Assembly: GCA_964291215.2 (NCBI GenBank)
Contig: OZ219790.1
Coordinates: 1,440,001-1,504,000 of the forward strand
Reading direction: 5' to 3'
DNA from: Alphaproteobacteria bacterium
GTDB taxonomy: Bacteria; Pseudomonadota; Alphaproteobacteria; MPNO01; UBA830
DNA: 64,000 bases
The translations under genes were made by a program, and so were the position numbers. Each line of letters begins with the position of its first letter. The stretch's first letter is position 1. Shown piece by piece: positions 61,568 through 64,000 of this stretch. The notes beneath the pieces were generated by a model. The model worked only from the letters and a program-made list of their open reading frames with translations, was not told where the DNA came from and did no database searches.

Positions 61568-61663
61568 GGGGCCCTCAATCGAATCGACGGGATGCCGGCG
61601 CCGGGGCGCCGGCGGCACTGGTACCGGAGCGGCCGGCGGCCCCGCACGGGGCGCCGGCCGCCA

Positions 61664-62041
61664 TTACTTGACCTCTACGGTCGCCCCCGCTTCTTCGAGC
61701 TTGGACTTGATGGCCTCGGCCTCGTCCTTGGCCACGGCTTCCTTGACCGCCTTGGGCGCGCCCTCGACGAGATCCTTGGCCTCCTTGAGGCCGAGCCCGG
61801 TGATGGCGCGCACCTCCTTGATGACGTTGATCTTTTTCTCGCCGAACGAGGCGAGGATGACGTCGAACTCGTCCTTCTCCTCGGCAGCGGCGGCCTCGGC
61901 CCCGCCAGCGCCGCCGGCAGCGACCGCGACCGGAGCGGCGGCCGAGACACCCCACTTCTCCTCGAGCATCTTCGACAGCTCGGCCGCCTCCAGCACGGTC
62001 AGGCTGGACAGGTCCTCGACAATTTGTTCAAGATTGGCCAT
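61664..62041 (-). CDS. rplL: 50S ribosomal protein L7/L12
   Basis: [20 protein letters not shown]. Confidence 0.98.
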   Translation of the reverse strand: MANLEQIVEDLSSLTVLEAAELSKMLEEKWGVSAAAPVAVAAGGAGGAEAAAAEEKDEFDVILASFGEKKINVIKEVRAITGLGLKEAKDLVEGAPKAVKEAVAKDEAEAIKSKLEEAGATVEVK

Positions 62042-62091
62042 TTCGTGTTTCTCCCGTTCTCTCGATTGGATGTTGTTGATGTGTGTCCGGT

Positions 62092-62610
62092 TCAAGCGGC
62101 CTCGTCCTGGCGTGCGCGCGCAGCGAGCACGCGCGCGATCTGGCCGCCGGCAGCCTGCGTGCAGGCGGCGACGCGGCCCGCCGGCGCCTGGAGGAGCCCG
62201 ACGAGGCGCCCCCTGAGTTCGTCGAGCGACGGCACTCTGGCGAGGGTGACGACGCTGGGCACATCAAGCGTCCGATCGTCGAGGATGCCGCCGAGGACGG
62301 TGATGCCGCGGTTATCATCGGCATAGCCGACGATGACGCGCGCCGCCGCGACCGGGTCCTCCGACCAGGCGATCGCGGTCGGTCCCTGGAGCAACTCGGC
62401 GAGCGGCTCGAGCCCGGTACCGCTCACGGCGAGGCTGGCAAGGCTGTTCTTGGCCACCCTGAAGGCGGCGCCAGCCTCGCGCATCTGTCGCCTAAGCCGC
62501 GTCGATTCGGCAACCGTCATGCCGTGCTGGCTGACGATGACGACGAGGGTCGCGTCGGCGAGCGTCTCGCGGAGTTCGGCGACCACCTGTTCCTTCTCTC
62601 TCCGGTTCAC
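62092..62610 (-). CDS. rplJ: 50S ribosomal protein L10
   Basis: GTG start NRREK; VAKNSL; GPTAIA. Confidence 0.95.
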   Translation of the reverse strand: MNRREKEQVVAELRETLADATLVVIVSQHGMTVAESTRLRRQMREAGAAFRVAKNSLASLAVSGTGLEPLAELLQGPTAIAWSEDPVAAARVIVGYADDNRGITVLGGILDDRTLDVPSVVTLARVPSLDELRGRLVGLLQAPAGRVAACTQAAGGQIARVLAARARQDEAA

Positions 62611-62698
62611 CTGACCGTCTCCCGTCCGTTCGTAACGCAGCCCCCGCGGGACACTCGCGTTCCGGTATCCATTGCGGCCCGCCGGCCGCCTCCGCGCG

Positions 62699-63409
62699 TC
62701 AGCCCTGGGTCGCGCGCTCAAGCACCGGGCCCACCTCAAGACGGATCCCGGGGCCCATGGTCGAGGACACCGACATCCTGCGGATATAGGTCCCCTTGGC
62801 ACCGCTCGGCTTGGCCCGGTTCACGGCGTCGACGAGCGCACAGATGTTCTCGGCGATATCCTCGGCGGAGAAGCTGGCCTTGCCGATGCCGGCATGAATG
62901 ATGCCGGCGCGCTCGACGCGGAACTCGATCTGCCCGCCCTTGGCGTCGCGCACCGCTTGGGCGACATCCTGGGTCACGGTGCCGAGCTTGGGGTTGGGCA
63001 TCAGTCCGCGCGGCCCGAGCACCCTGCCGAGACGGCCGACGACGGGCATCAGGTCCGGCGTCGCGATGCAGCGCTCGAAGTCGATGTCGCCCTTCTGCAC
63101 GGCCTCGGCGAGATCCTCGGCACCGACCACCTCGGCCCCTGCCTCGCGCGCCTCGTCGGCCTTGTCGCCGCGCGCGAACACCGCGACGCGGAGCGACTTG
63201 CCGGTGCCCTTGGGCAGCGAGGCGACGCCGCGGACCATCTGGTCAGCATGGCGCGGATCGACGCCGAGATTGATCGAGAGCTCGATGGTCTCGTCGAACT
63301 TCGCGGTTGCGTTCTCCTTGAGGAGCGCGACCGCCGCGTCGAGCGGGCGCGGCTGTTCGCGGTCGAACCCGTCATCGATCGCGGCGCGGCGCTTTCCCTT
63401 CGCTGCCAT
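62699..63409 (-). CDS. rplA: 50S ribosomal protein L1
   Basis: KFDETIE; [11 protein letters not shown]. Confidence 0.98.
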   Translation of the reverse strand: MAAKGKRRAAIDDGFDREQPRPLDAAVALLKENATAKFDETIELSINLGVDPRHADQMVRGVASLPKGTGKSLRVAVFARGDKADEAREAGAEVVGAEDLAEAVQKGDIDFERCIATPDLMPVVGRLGRVLGPRGLMPNPKLGTVTQDVAQAVRDAKGGQIEFRVERAGIIHAGIGKASFSAEDIAENICALVDAVNRAKPSGAKGTYIRRMSVSSTMGPGIRLEVGPVLERATQG

Positions 63410-63413
63410 GATC

Positions 63414-63842
63414 CTACTCCTGCACCTGGATGCCCATGGACCGCGCCGAGCCCGCGAGAATGCGGACCGCGGCGTCGACGTCGTTGGCGTTGAGATCGGC
63501 CTTCTTCAGCTCCGCGATCTCGCGGAGCTGAGCCACGGTCACCGCGCCGGCGACCTGCACGCCGGGCTCGGACGCGCCCTTGGCGGCGCGCGCCGCCTTC
63601 TTGATGAAGTACGACGCCGGCGGCGTCTTGGTCTCGAAGGTGAAGGACTTGTCCGCGAACACCGTGATCACGGTCGGGATCGGAACGCCGCCTTCCTCGT
63701 TCTGGGTGTGGGCGTTGAACGCCTTGCAGAATTCCATGATGTTCAGGCCCGCCTGCCCGAGCGCCGGGCCGATCGGCGGCGACGGGTTGGCCTGCCCGGC
63801 CGGAACCTGCAGCTTGACGTATCCTTCAATCCTCTTGGCCAT
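63414..63842 (-). CDS. rplK: 50S ribosomal protein L11
   Basis: [12 protein letters not shown]; [10 protein letters not shown]. Confidence 0.98.
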   Translation of the reverse strand: MAKRIEGYVKLQVPAGQANPSPPIGPALGQAGLNIMEFCKAFNAHTQNEEGGVPIPTVITVFADKSFTFETKTPPASYFIKKAARAAKGASEPGVQVAGAVTVAQLREIAELKKADLNANDVDAAVRILAGSARSMGIQVQE

Positions 63843-63896
63843 CGTTCCTCGCATCCTGCACCGACGGCGGCGTCGGCGCGCGCCGGGCGGCGCGCC

Positions 63897-64000
63897 TCAG
63901 AGTTTCTCCACCTGTCCGTATTCGAGTTCGACCGGGGTCGAGCGCCCGAAGATCGAGACCGCGACCTTGAGCCGTGCCCGCTCCTCGTCGACGTCCTCGA
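63897..64000 (-). CDS. nusG: Transcription antitermination factor NusG, C-terminal part
   Basis: ...[29 protein letters not shown] directly upstream of rplK. Confidence 0.95.
   Translation of the reverse strand, partial: EDVDEERARLKVAVSIFGRSTPVELEYGQVEKL

Noticed and set aside
61575-61663. GC-rich palindromes between rplL and rpoB (and at the rpoB/rpoC junction) as REP elements or terminators
   Set aside because: They are not repeated elsewhere in the window and have no U-tract; such hairpins are expected at this GC content.

Overview
High-GC window from an alphaproteobacterium (Rhodospirillales-like; inferred from the ATP12, DUF1489 and EI24 genes and the rplQ-degP-rarA-crcB-rluC gene order). 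It has two parts. (1) About 1-26.4 kb is an accessory region: a low-GC AAA ATPase + DUF3226 pair and toxin-antitoxin remnants beside tRNA-Val; a probable aromatic/carboxylate catabolic cluster (two tandem UbiD decarboxylases, a ThDP enzyme, a 2-hydroxyacid dehydrogenase, a frameshifted ornithine-cyclodeaminase-family gene, a 4,5-dihydroxyphthalate-decarboxylase-like gene, a heme-oxygenase-like diiron enzyme, LysR); a PhyH dioxygenase with a SAF oxidoreductase; decayed AbiE, ISAs1/DUF4338 and ISKra4-like elements; and an orphan Rieske ferredoxin/reductase pair. (2) About 26.4-64 kb is housekeeping: mgtE, tRNA-Leu, lipB, crcB, rarA, a DegP-family protease, and the continuous nusG-rplKAJL-rpoBC-str-S10-spc-alpha supercluster on the minus strand. 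The most striking feature is a nested pair of ORF-less group II introns (twintron, 14149-15850) inserted antisense into an MFS gene. The inner intron's EBS1/EBS2 loops match a site inside its sister intron, a site it also carries itself. Both copies appear to lack the catalytic-triad arm of domain V. All family assignments come from motif recognition by eye; no database searches were run.
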